Virus record (IMG/VR): IMGVR_UViG_3300015370_000002
Location: 1-45,858 of that record
DNA from: a virus
Taxonomy: Duplodnaviria > Caudoviricetes
DNA: 45,858 nucleotides
Direction: 5' to 3' (one strand)
Positions 25,129-34,111 of the stretch are shown here, one piece after another. A program made the translations under genes and the position numbers. A model generated the notes under the pieces. That model did no database searches, had not been told where the DNA came from, and saw nothing but the letters and a program-made list of their open reading frames with translations. The stretch's first letter is position 1; each line of letters begins with the position of its first letter.

Positions 25129-25308
25129 ATGAAGCTAAGAATCAAAGAAAAGACTAGACAGATTCAAACCTGTCTACCCTGCGACCGCAAAATCTTTCAC
25201 AGAGTGTTCTGGTACTACAACGGTCCTACATTGCAGTACATCGAATACGTCTGTGACCGCTGTCATCACTGTACTAGACAGGATATCCACACAAGGAAAA
25301 GGAAATGA
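25129..25308 (+). CDS. Zinc-ribbon microprotein 1 (59 aa)
   Basis: Manual translation MKLRIKEKTRQIQTCLPCDRKIFH...YVCDRCHHC; SD GAGGAGG. Confidence 0.75.
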   Translation: MKLRIKEKTRQIQTCLPCDRKIFHRVFWYYNGPTLQYIEYVCDRCHHCTRQDIHTRKRK

Positions 25309-25490
25309 AACACAGATGTAATACCCTACTCGGTTGTGGTATCTGCCGAATTAGCACGACCCATAAAGTCTATGACGTGTTCAAGAAAGGTTTTCTTTAC
25401 AACGTCATCAGTATTTGCCAGACCTGTAACAATATGAGACTCACCTTCCCTGAAAGAAAACCGACTACTGAGGAGATGCAAATTGAGTAA
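25305..25490 (+). CDS. Zinc-ribbon microprotein 2 (61 aa)
   Basis: CGICRISTTH...ICQTC; ATGA overlap. Confidence 0.75.
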   Translation: MKHRCNTLLGCGICRISTTHKVYDVFKKGFLYNVISICQTCNNMRLTFPERKPTTEEMQIE

Positions 25491-25650
25491 GAGAAGAATC
25501 ACAGGAGTGTACGTTTTCTGTCAGGGCGAGTGTCGTACTCCACGAACGCATGACGTGTTCATGGAAGTGAAGTACAACAAAGTGCTTCTGACAATAAAAT
25601 GCACCAAATGTAACCATGAACGTGACTTCTACGAGGAGGAGAAAGATTGA
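25483..25650 (+). CDS. Zinc-ribbon microprotein 3 (55 aa, TTG start)
   Basis: Manual translation MSKRRITGVYVFCQGECRTPRTH...IKCTKC; SD GAGGAG. Confidence 0.7.
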   Translation: MSKRRITGVYVFCQGECRTPRTHDVFMEVKYNKVLLTIKCTKCNHERDFYEEEKD

Positions 25651-25901
25651 GGAGGTATTGTAATAGTTGCCATTCCGACCAGTTTCACTTCACCGACTAC
25701 ACCAACGGTCGGCCGACACGTAACGCTGCTGGTCGGATAAACGGTTTCATCGTGGACATCTTGTGTTCGACTTGCCGTTCAGTCAACAGCGAAATGAAGA
25801 TGAACAAGCGGGAGTGGAGCGAACTTATGAACGCTATCAGCCGACCCGACCTCATTCCTAAAGAATGGGGGTCGGTGTTGGGGGGTAGCTGTGTCAAGTA
25901 G
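25647..25901 (+). CDS. Zinc-ribbon microprotein 4 (84 aa, TTG start)
   Basis: CNSCHSDQFH...LCSTC; SD GAGGAGGAG; TTGA overlap. Confidence 0.75.
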   Translation: MRRYCNSCHSDQFHFTDYTNGRPTRNAAGRINGFIVDILCSTCRSVNSEMKMNKREWSELMNAISRPDLIPKEWGSVLGGSCVK

Positions 25902-26112
25902 AACTCTGTCGTGTCCCAACTGTGACTCAACAAAGGGCTTCCGTATGTTGCTGGTCAAGGCTGAACAAGCCAAGCTCGGTGCGTACGTCATCCCTGGTGT
26001 CTGCAAGAAGTGTGAGAACGTGAGAATGTTCATCGCATCGGCAGACAGTTACCTGAACATGTGCAACAGTGCACCACTCGGACAACAGGCAACGCTATTG
26101 CTGACGGATTAG
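25891..26112 (+). CDS. Zinc-ribbon microprotein 5 (73 aa, GTG start)
   Basis: CPNCDSTKGF...VCKKC. Confidence 0.7.
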   Translation: MSSRTLSCPNCDSTKGFRMLLVKAEQAKLGAYVIPGVCKKCENVRMFIASADSYLNMCNSAPLGQQATLLLTD

Positions 26113-26127
26113 CTTAACATACAGTTT

Positions 26128-26153
26128 CAGGGGTTCTGTATAAAAAATCCCTG
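26128..26153. terminator. Hairpin in the convergent gap between early and late transcription units
   Basis: CAGGGGTT...AATCCCTG; a second weak hairpin lies at 26220-26242. Confidence 0.4.
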
Positions 26154-26264
26154 CCTATATTAAAAAACATATGCTTACTTATGAAGATGCAATAAGAGAT
26201 TGTGTAATAGGTGGAATCCTAGGGGCGATTCTAGGAGCCCTATTCTTGATCAAGATTTTCCTGC

Positions 26265-29200
26265 CTATTTTGGAAGCTTCGGGAGCTTGGGTAATTTAGG
26301 AAGTTTAGTAGAAGGTTTTAGAGGTGGGCCATCTTTAAAATATTTTTGCCCGGTCTTAGAACCCCATTTACCTTTTAGTAAAGTTCTAACCTGCTCAGGG
26401 AGGCTATTTATTTTATATAATAATTTACCTTTTTTATCATAAACACCACCATTTAAAACAGTATATCCACCTGTTATAAGATTCTCAATTTGTTTAGCAA
26501 AGCCAAAGAACCCAGCAGTGGCCCACAGAGCTTTGTCAGTCTTACCTTGCGAAGCACTCATTATTATTTTGATTAAATTGCTAAGTATCGGTGATGGAGA
26601 ATAAGGTTGGCCGGTTTCAAAAGCAAACATAATAGAGCCAAGTAAAGGAAAATTACCAACTATGGATTTTATTATGTCCTTTGATATTTCTTCCGGGTCA
26701 TCTTCAAAATACAGTTTATTAATTAACTGTTCTATATATCCAGCCACCACTAACGCTACTAGAGCCTTTGCTAGTAGCTTCTTTTTACTCCCGGCCAATG
26801 GTGGGAGTTTTTCGTTCTTCCAGATATCAGTAACATAGAATTGCATTTTAGAGTTTAACTGAGAAAAGAACGTGTTAACTGCCTTTGCTAGCTCAGTCCT
26901 GAAATATTTTGGCTTCTCAGCTTGTGCCATGGACCCCATGATAGCGTCAACAATATCGTCAGACTCTCTATCAATACGCTTAAATTCTTTGGCTGTTATT
27001 TTTAACCCTTGTTTCCTAGCTCTAATAATCATCTGATCCATCAGAGCGATTTTAGTTATTTTAGCTGTCAACCTATCAGTGTATTCAGCTGGCTTTCTGA
27101 CCCATTTCATAACTGTGCCTCTCAAGTCTTCAATCTCATAACCCAAGGCTCTTTGTTGTACAGACCCAGATAATGATGCGTGTCTAGCGATCGGTGAATT
27201 GGTAGACACCTTAATGCCTGCCTTTGCTATACCTTTAAAAGATGTAAGTACCCAGACATCCACTACGTTCAAGAACTGCTTTAATATAACTGTATATTTA
27301 AGAGAAAGAACACCAAAAGCATTTAATGTTCTTAAAAGCCTAATTCCTTTCATGATCCCCTCCGGCCTGGCAGGACTAACTATATGAGCATACCACTCGC
27401 GGATTTTCTTGTGCGCGTCCTTGCCGGTTATCTCTTGGAACTCAATACTGTCAATCAGATATTTAACTGGCAACGTCCTACTACCTACATCAATGAAGCG
27501 GGATACTCCGTTTACCCACAACTCCATTACTTTGCGATAATCTTTTTCATATAGATCAAGTGGTACATCAACCTCACGTTCTTTAATAGAGCCGAAGAAT
27601 GGGTCTTTGCGTACAAAATCAAAACCACCTTGATCAATCAATTCAATATCGCTACGAGTATAAAGAGGCGTATAATTTTTAATCTCACCAACCTCACGGC
27701 CGTTCTTTAATGCCACTTGTTTTACTTCTGGGTACAGTTCTTTAACGGTGTCTCTGATTTCATTATAAGCCCGGCGTACTTTAGGGGATAGGTCAGCTGA
27801 TGGAGCAGTAATTTTTTTATCTTGCTTAGAAGCAGTAAAAGCCCAGAGCTGTTCTGCCTCTGCTTTTTTTAATTTAAATACTGTGGGTATTTTATTTTTA
27901 ATAATAGCCTTCTCGCGGATAGCCGCTAATCTCTCACCAGCAATGATAGGGTCAAACAACAAGTTCTTAAATCCCTCGCCAATTCTCATGAAGAACCTAC
28001 CACCTGTTTCGTATCCCTGCACTATGTCGCCAGCCTGTTTTTTAACAAAGCCAAAGCTGAAAGTCTTCATCCATTTCTTATTAACCTTAGGAATCTTGCT
28101 TGTTCTTTCTATATAGGACAAAGCGTCTTTTGATATCATAGCAGACACTTCACCGTTAGGCTCAACCTTGACTTTGACCAAGTCTTTAAAATATTTATCC
28201 TCGATCCGTAGCATTTTGATAGTGTCCTCCGGTACTCCGTGCTCTTTTAATCTATCATAAGTCTTCTTAGTATAACCACCACGGCGAATTTGTTGGGCCA
28301 GGAATTCAAGGTCTGCCCAGATTTCTTTTGCTTTCTTATTATAAGAAGTAGCAAAGAACTCATCTACAAGTGGAGTAGTTTCAGGAGATGACATTAAAGA
28401 TGTAGGAGTCATACCCTCTTTGTATACCTGGAAGGTCTCATTAGGCACTTCTTTTAATATGCGCTTGATATAACTATTTTCAACATCATTAGTAAGAACT
28501 ATTCTTGAACCACTTTTAACATTATCAAAAGCTTTTTGATGTTCAGTAACAAAGTTATCAGCATTACCGAAGTGAGATTGCAGAAAGTCTTTAGATGCCT
28601 GATCGCCTTTGTACGTTTGGGAAGATAGAATGTAGGGTGGATCAAGATAAAAACCAGTTTTAGCAGGGTCCTCGATAGATATTCTATTGATAAAGTCCCA
28701 ACCATTCTCACCACCACGACCAATATCAACCAATACTCCGTTCTCTTTTGCCACCTTAAAGCTGGCATCTATGTCATTAAATCCATTGAACATACCATAT
28801 TTTCCAAAAACTCTGTCCTCAAACGATTGGAATCCAATCTGTTTAGAGATCAACTCATTACCACGCATTGACACCTTGTCGATATATGCTTTATCAGCAG
28901 CACTGGCAATATCAGAAACCTCCGTCTTGTCCATCTCTTTAACAGCTTTGTCAAAAATAGGTTTAAACTTGGCATAATCTTCCTTAAACACAGTAACCTC
29001 TTTGCCAAGATCAATCTTGCGAACATAATTCTTCCAAGCATTTGAGCCAATAAAGCTATCAGGATGTTTAGTTAAGAAGGTATTAAACACGTCATAAACA
29101 TACTTGTCTTCAGACTGAGCGATCATAAGTATTGAATTGGTAAGACTCTGAGCTGAAGATTTAACAGCATTCTTAACTTCTTCTAGTTTGCCATTTTGTA

Positions 29201-32200
29201 TTGCTTTTATTAGGGTGTGTTTTTCAATATCATAAACATTAGCATAATAGCGTTTCAATCCATTGCGCATAGCACCTTGAATAGAATGAGCTCCAAGTGT
29301 AAATGCACCAGCATAAGGCTCAACTATTGTGTCTACACCGTTATTAGTCCAGCGGTTAAAGATAGAGCTAAACAAAGGAACGGTTGTGTCCTTGTTGCCA
29401 AGCAATTGAAAGGCTCGAGCATTAAGTGAGCGAGGTGGTCGAAAGTAAGGAGTAGCCATTTTCTTAAGTTCAGGATCAAGTTTACTAATACCATTGTCAA
29501 TCTTAGCAACCTCTGACTTAGTAGGTGGCTTGCCCGTTAATCCTGCTTCTTTGGCGGTTTTAACACCTAAAACAAGTTCAGGGCGCTCGGATAGCAATCT
29601 GTCCTTAAACTCCTCAAATACCTCATGATCAGCCATTGATTCAGAGTGGAATATGTCAGAATCAGTATCATATAAATTATGCTTTTTAACAATTTTTTTG
29701 AATGTGTCTACATCTCCACCATCAATCTTCTCTCTTAACCCAAGAAAACCAGGAGTACCTTTTAGCTTTTCGTATACATCAACAAATTGTGAGTAGTTAT
29801 CTTCCATGTTTGATGTGTACTCTTTGCCCTCAAAGCCTATGTCTTCAAGTATCTGTTTCTGTAAATCTTTGGGGTATTCTTTCTTCTTAGCAACTTCTCG
29901 TTCTGCTATTTCAATAGGTATTTTTTTAATACCAAGCTCATCATAAGCGGCCAGCCGGTGATGTCCATTCTGTACCTCATAATATGTACCACTCTTGTCT
30001 TTCAGCTCTATAACAAGTATTGGTGGGATTTTTTCACCGTCATATATTTTATTTTTATATTTATCTATAGTTAGTCCCGCCTCAGTACCTCGCAACTCTC
30101 TCAATCTTCCAACTTCATGCTCCCAAGGAACAACTTTGTCAGCATCAACAACTTTCTGTACTCTGGATGGTTTTTTAACAACTCCAACTTCCGCTCTATC
30201 CATAGCGACAAGTTTGGCTTCTTCATACTTCATGCCGAGTTTGCGCTCCTTGGCTAATTTGTTCTTATAGATAGCCTTCTGTGCAGGGGTGAGTTTCTCA
30301 AATCTATCTTCAAATGATTGTTTTCTAATAGCTGGTTGTTTACCGGTTCTAACAAAGGCACCCTTGCCTACCTTCTTAGTTTTACCACTCAAGAAAGCCT
30401 CATAAGCATTAAGCACGGTAGTACGTTTACCCGCCAACCTGCGCAACGTGGTGATCAAGCTCTGCAAGAATTTATGTATTTTACCTGTGAAAGTTTTATT
30501 GCCGGTGGCATAGCCCTCGACATTAAGCGCCAACCATTCCTCTGGCCCAAGCCTCTTTTTACCATATTTACCACCGAGTTCATCTCCATGAGTCTTAGCC
30601 ACCTCCGCGTACAAAGCCTTGCGCTCTGTGGCAGTTAAATATGTTTGTACGTAGTGATGAAAAGCCTCATGAAACAAAGTCTCAGATGATACTTTGCCAC
30701 CATCTATCAAAACAGTAATTAATTCATTGGCGTAAGTCCCATATACATCCTTGTCAAAATCCATCTTGCCACCTGTCGTAAATCTTAGGTCTTTATCGTT
30801 AGGAAATAACTTCTTAAGTATTACTTTCGCCTCCGCTGGTGTGATGTCTAGCTCTGATAGTTTTTCTTTAATTTGAAATGCCTCAACCGCTCCTTTATGT
30901 TCAGGCTTAATATCAACCTCATACCACTCAACTCCCTGCTCATCGGTGATCCGTTGAGCTCCGTACTTTAATTTAAGATATTTACTAAGAGTAGTTTCAT
31001 AGAATTTGTATATAGGATTTGATTTGTCTACTTTACCAGAGATGTCGAATTGTTCATTGTTCATCTCATAAATCTGTTCTATTTTTTCGGTGAACTTACC
31101 TGCTTTCAAATCTTTTATATCTCCACTATCAAATAAATTCTTAGGAGAAGCCTTAAACTTACCATCTTCTAGAACTTCTGTGATTATCCAACTAGGCTGT
31201 GTGGATTGTGCTATTTCTTGACCAACTTTTAATGTGTCAATTGTTAACTTTGAATCTTCATACCCTAGCCCAGCATACTTACCATTTTTCATCCTGAGCC
31301 ACATTTGTGTGCTACCTAGCCCCTCAACTTTCATAGCAGTTTCACCAACTGGGAATTGTAGTTTCTCTATGCCATCTTTTGCAGCTTTTGCAACTTCTTT
31401 ACGAACCATATAGAAGTGAGCAGTGGGATTGTCGTATTGGGAGAGTTTGTCTATAGATGTTTCAGCCTCAGACCCAGGGATAGTACCCTCCACAAAGGAT
31501 TCATCCTTTGATAATTTTACCACTCTTAATTGATAGGGAGTCATATCACCATGATCTGGTCTGATTGTAATAATTTTACCTTTTTTAATTTCTGATATAG
31601 GAGTATCTGTTAGCTTCGTTGAAGCACCTTGTAGTTGTGTAACTCCGCTTTCCAAACCACCTTTCTGAAATAAATCACTTTGTGCCTCAATGACACGCCT
31701 AGTTTTATTGTCTGCCATATCTTCAAAACGAATATGACCAAAGTAATTTGGAAATTCTTCTGCTCCAAAATGTTTATCTCCTGCCTGTGTTTTTATAGGT
31801 GACTCATAAATAGCTTCACCATAAGTAATAACATCGCCACGAATACTATCATTTAAAACTATATGCTCATAGCCCACCTCACGACCAGTTCCTGTTTGTA
31901 CTTTGCCCTTTAATGGCAATAAATTAACCTTAACACTTTCAGCGAATTCTTTAGCACTTATCTTCTTGCCCTCTGGCATAGTTTCAAGTGTCTCTAAAAT
32001 AACCTTTCTTTCAGGCTTCTTAATGTCGGCACGTTTTGTTAAATCAGAAATAAATTGTTTAGACACCATTGTCTTGCCTTCCAATTCTTTTAGTATTTTA
32101 GTAGTTAAAACACCAGTTTCTTTGTAGACAGGGATTGGTGGAGCAGGCACTTTCTTAAAAGGAATTTTTTCTCTACCGGCTGATATATAGGAAGCTACTC

Positions 32201-34109
32201 TGTGATGTCCATCTTCAACATCTACAAACTTTCCATCTTCTTTAATCAATATTGGGTCAAGCTCATTATTTTTATCTTTCAATAAATGGTTGATATCTTT
32301 ATCCATTTTGTCTTTTGTTTTTTCATCAGACTTTCTATAAATATCTTTCCATCCATCCACCTCCATCCCATTATTAAATTCTGGGATTGTTAACTTTTTA
32401 ATATCAATATAATCTTCCTTCTCTTCCTTCTCAGGTTTAACATCAAGTACATCGTTAACATCTTGGATGCTAAGACCAACAGGCAACTTACCATCTTTCT
32501 TGGCTTGTATGGCCTGTTGTGCGATCTGCGCCATAGCACCACCGAGCAGACCAAGAGTGGCACCACCAAATGCTGACATTATTAATCTGTCTTTTTTCTC
32601 ATTTGGATTTATCTCCCTAAATGTTTGTTCTGTTATAATATCTAATTCTTCTTGTAAAACTTCCGTAACCATTTCTTCCCCGGACATCAAAACTAGTGTC
32701 AGTATTTTATTAACAATAGAACTGGACACCTTATTTACTATTGTCTTGCCAAGTTGTGCTGGAACAATGCGCTCTAGAGCAATGTTTGGAATAGCATTGA
32801 ACAATCCTAATGTTTCTGCTTCATCTTCTGGAACACCATATTTCATTGCCTTTTCTTTTATGCTTTCAGCCTGTTCGCCAACCAATAAAGTCATACCGGC
32901 GGGGTGAATAAAGAAAGGTAGCTTGCCAAGAGTCTCAGCCCCCATATTAAATATAGTCTCTCCCGGGTACTTTGTTATTTTATCTTTGACGCTCGCAGTC
33001 TCCCACACCTCGCTATTCTGCATATAGGCAGAGTCATCCAGCTGATCAACAGCTTCTTTCATCTTCTGGAAAGGTATAATTCCTTTTTGTTCAGCAAATG
33101 TATATGCGTCTTTCCAGTCTGATTTTACCGCATTATACTTGTCTATTCTCTCCGGGGTTAAATCATATTGTAGCGTAGTGTCTTTAGACGGTCCCTCTGT
33201 GACCTCTCTTGCCGGTACATCCAGCGTACTCACCTCAGCAACGACAGCGGTTGTCTTATTAAAAATAAAATCAGAGAAGTAATTAAGCCCCTCGGTGATA
33301 GCATTAATCGCAGAAGTGCCTACTCTTTTTCTAAACTTAGAGCGCGCTTCTTTGTCTTCTTCTATCCTAGAGAAATCAAGTTTACCGTCTTTTACCGTAG
33401 GAATAATTGATGGAAATATCTTTGGAACATCACGAATAACACTCTTAGCGAAAGTTTTAACTGTAGATTCTTCTTTCCTAGCTTCCTGTTGAGCCACCGC
33501 AAAAAGAGAAGGTGCAGTAGACACCGGCTCTTCCACTTTCTCATCTTGAAACAAACTACTAAAAAAACTCTTAGCTTTACCAAGAGCAGTAACCGGGCTT
33601 TTAACTAGTTCTTTTGCGTATGTTTTATAAAACTCCTCTGGTTGGTTATTCCAATTAAGAACACGCTGTCGTGCCTCATTTAATCCTATAGCACCAGACT
33701 TGTAGTCTTCAATAGCTTTCCATTCAACAAGCATTTTACCCTCTTGTCTATTTTTAGCAGAAGCAGGTTTGTTAGAAATTCTTTCTAATATTGTTTTTTT
33801 ACTTTTCAATCTCTGCATGTTTGGATCATTCGAAGTACCGCCTAATGCAACCGGAATAATATGGTCACGTTCTGAACCGGCTTCTGTTTCTAACGAACCG
33901 TAACCACGTGGAGTAGTAGTAAGAGACGGCGCTCCAAGACTATCAAACATGCTTAAGAACTGACCACCCGATGGGAGTGTTTTAACTTGTGGTTGTTCTG
34001 CTTTCTTTACTTGTGGTTCAACATCTGGCGTAGGCTCGTCAAACAAGCCAGAAAAATCTATGCCAGTGGTTGACTTCTTGGTGGAGGTTGAGAATAATCC
34101 TTCAAACAT
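26265..34109 (-). CDS. Large polyvalent (probably virion-ejected) protein: HNH-like, two ParB-like, zincin metallopeptidase and N6-adenine methyltransferase domains
   Basis: ERDHIIPVALGG...N; VEDGHHR and VQNGHHRL; LFHEAFHH...EEWLA; VEPYAGA and YLDPPY; located at the end of the tail/ejection module. Confidence 0.85.
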   Translation of the reverse strand: MFEGLFSTSTKKSTTGIDFSGLFDEPTPDVEPQVKKAEQPQVKTLPSGGQFLSMFDSLGAPSLTTTPRGYGSLETEAGSERDHIIPVALGGTSNDPNMQRLKSKKTILERISNKPASAKNRQEGKMLVEWKAIEDYKSGAIGLNEARQRVLNWNNQPEEFYKTYAKELVKSPVTALGKAKSFFSSLFQDEKVEEPVSTAPSLFAVAQQEARKEESTVKTFAKSVIRDVPKIFPSIIPTVKDGKLDFSRIEEDKEARSKFRKRVGTSAINAITEGLNYFSDFIFNKTTAVVAEVSTLDVPAREVTEGPSKDTTLQYDLTPERIDKYNAVKSDWKDAYTFAEQKGIIPFQKMKEAVDQLDDSAYMQNSEVWETASVKDKITKYPGETIFNMGAETLGKLPFFIHPAGMTLLVGEQAESIKEKAMKYGVPEDEAETLGLFNAIPNIALERIVPAQLGKTIVNKVSSSIVNKILTLVLMSGEEMVTEVLQEELDIITEQTFREINPNEKKDRLIMSAFGGATLGLLGGAMAQIAQQAIQAKKDGKLPVGLSIQDVNDVLDVKPEKEEKEDYIDIKKLTIPEFNNGMEVDGWKDIYRKSDEKTKDKMDKDINHLLKDKNNELDPILIKEDGKFVDVEDGHHRVASYISAGREKIPFKKVPAPPIPVYKETGVLTTKILKELEGKTMVSKQFISDLTKRADIKKPERKVILETLETMPEGKKISAKEFAESVKVNLLPLKGKVQTGTGREVGYEHIVLNDSIRGDVITYGEAIYESPIKTQAGDKHFGAEEFPNYFGHIRFEDMADNKTRRVIEAQSDLFQKGGLESGVTQLQGASTKLTDTPISEIKKGKIITIRPDHGDMTPYQLRVVKLSKDESFVEGTIPGSEAETSIDKLSQYDNPTAHFYMVRKEVAKAAKDGIEKLQFPVGETAMKVEGLGSTQMWLRMKNGKYAGLGYEDSKLTIDTLKVGQEIAQSTQPSWIITEVLEDGKFKASPKNLFDSGDIKDLKAGKFTEKIEQIYEMNNEQFDISGKVDKSNPIYKFYETTLSKYLKLKYGAQRITDEQGVEWYEVDIKPEHKGAVEAFQIKEKLSELDITPAEAKVILKKLFPNDKDLRFTTGGKMDFDKDVYGTYANELITVLIDGGKVSSETLFHEAFHHYVQTYLTATERKALYAEVAKTHGDELGGKYGKKRLGPEEWLALNVEGYATGNKTFTGKIHKFLQSLITTLRRLAGKRTTVLNAYEAFLSGKTKKVGKGAFVRTGKQPAIRKQSFEDRFEKLTPAQKAIYKNKLAKERKLGMKYEEAKLVAMDRAEVGVVKKPSRVQKVVDADKVVPWEHEVGRLRELRGTEAGLTIDKYKNKIYDGEKIPPILVIELKDKSGTYYEVQNGHHRLAAYDELGIKKIPIEIAEREVAKKKEYPKDLQKQILEDIGFEGKEYTSNMEDNYSQFVDVYEKLKGTPGFLGLREKIDGGDVDTFKKIVKKHNLYDTDSDIFHSESMADHEVFEEFKDRLLSERPELVLGVKTAKEAGLTGKPPTKSEVAKIDNGISKLDPELKKMATPYFRPPRSLNARAFQLLGNKDTTVPLFSSIFNRWTNNGVDTIVEPYAGAFTLGAHSIQGAMRNGLKRYYANVYDIEKHTLIKAIQNGKLEEVKNAVKSSAQSLTNSILMIAQSEDKYVYDVFNTFLTKHPDSFIGSNAWKNYVRKIDLGKEVTVFKEDYAKFKPIFDKAVKEMDKTEVSDIASAADKAYIDKVSMRGNELISKQIGFQSFEDRVFGKYGMFNGFNDIDASFKVAKENGVLVDIGRGGENGWDFINRISIEDPAKTGFYLDPPYILSSQTYKGDQASKDFLQSHFGNADNFVTEHQKAFDNVKSGSRIVLTNDVENSYIKRILKEVPNETFQVYKEGMTPTSLMSSPETTPLVDEFFATSYNKKAKEIWADLEFLAQQIRRGGYTKKTYDRLKEHGVPEDTIKMLRIEDKYFKDLVKVKVEPNGEVSAMISKDALSYIERTSKIPKVNKKWMKTFSFGFVKKQAGDIVQGYETGGRFFMRIGEGFKNLLFDPIIAGERLAAIREKAIIKNKIPTVFKLKKAEAEQLWAFTASKQDKKITAPSADLSPKVRRAYNEIRDTVKELYPEVKQVALKNGREVGEIKNYTPLYTRSDIELIDQGGFDFVRKDPFFGSIKEREVDVPLDLYEKDYRKVMELWVNGVSRFIDVGSRTLPVKYLIDSIEFQEITGKDAHKKIREWYAHIVSPARPEGIMKGIRLLRTLNAFGVLSLKYTVILKQFLNVVDVWVLTSFKGIAKAGIKVSTNSPIARHASLSGSVQQRALGYEIEDLRGTVMKWVRKPAEYTDRLTAKITKIALMDQMIIRARKQGLKITAKEFKRIDRESDDIVDAIMGSMAQAEKPKYFRTELAKAVNTFFSQLNSKMQFYVTDIWKNEKLPPLAGSKKKLLAKALVALVVAGYIEQLINKLYFEDDPEEISKDIIKSIVGNFPLLGSIMFAFETGQPYSPSPILSNLIKIIMSASQGKTDKALWATAGFFGFAKQIENLITGGYTVLNGGVYDKKGKLLYKINSLPEQVRTLLKGKWGSKTGQKYFKDGPPLKPSTKLPKLPKLPKLPK

Positions 34110-34111
34110 AA

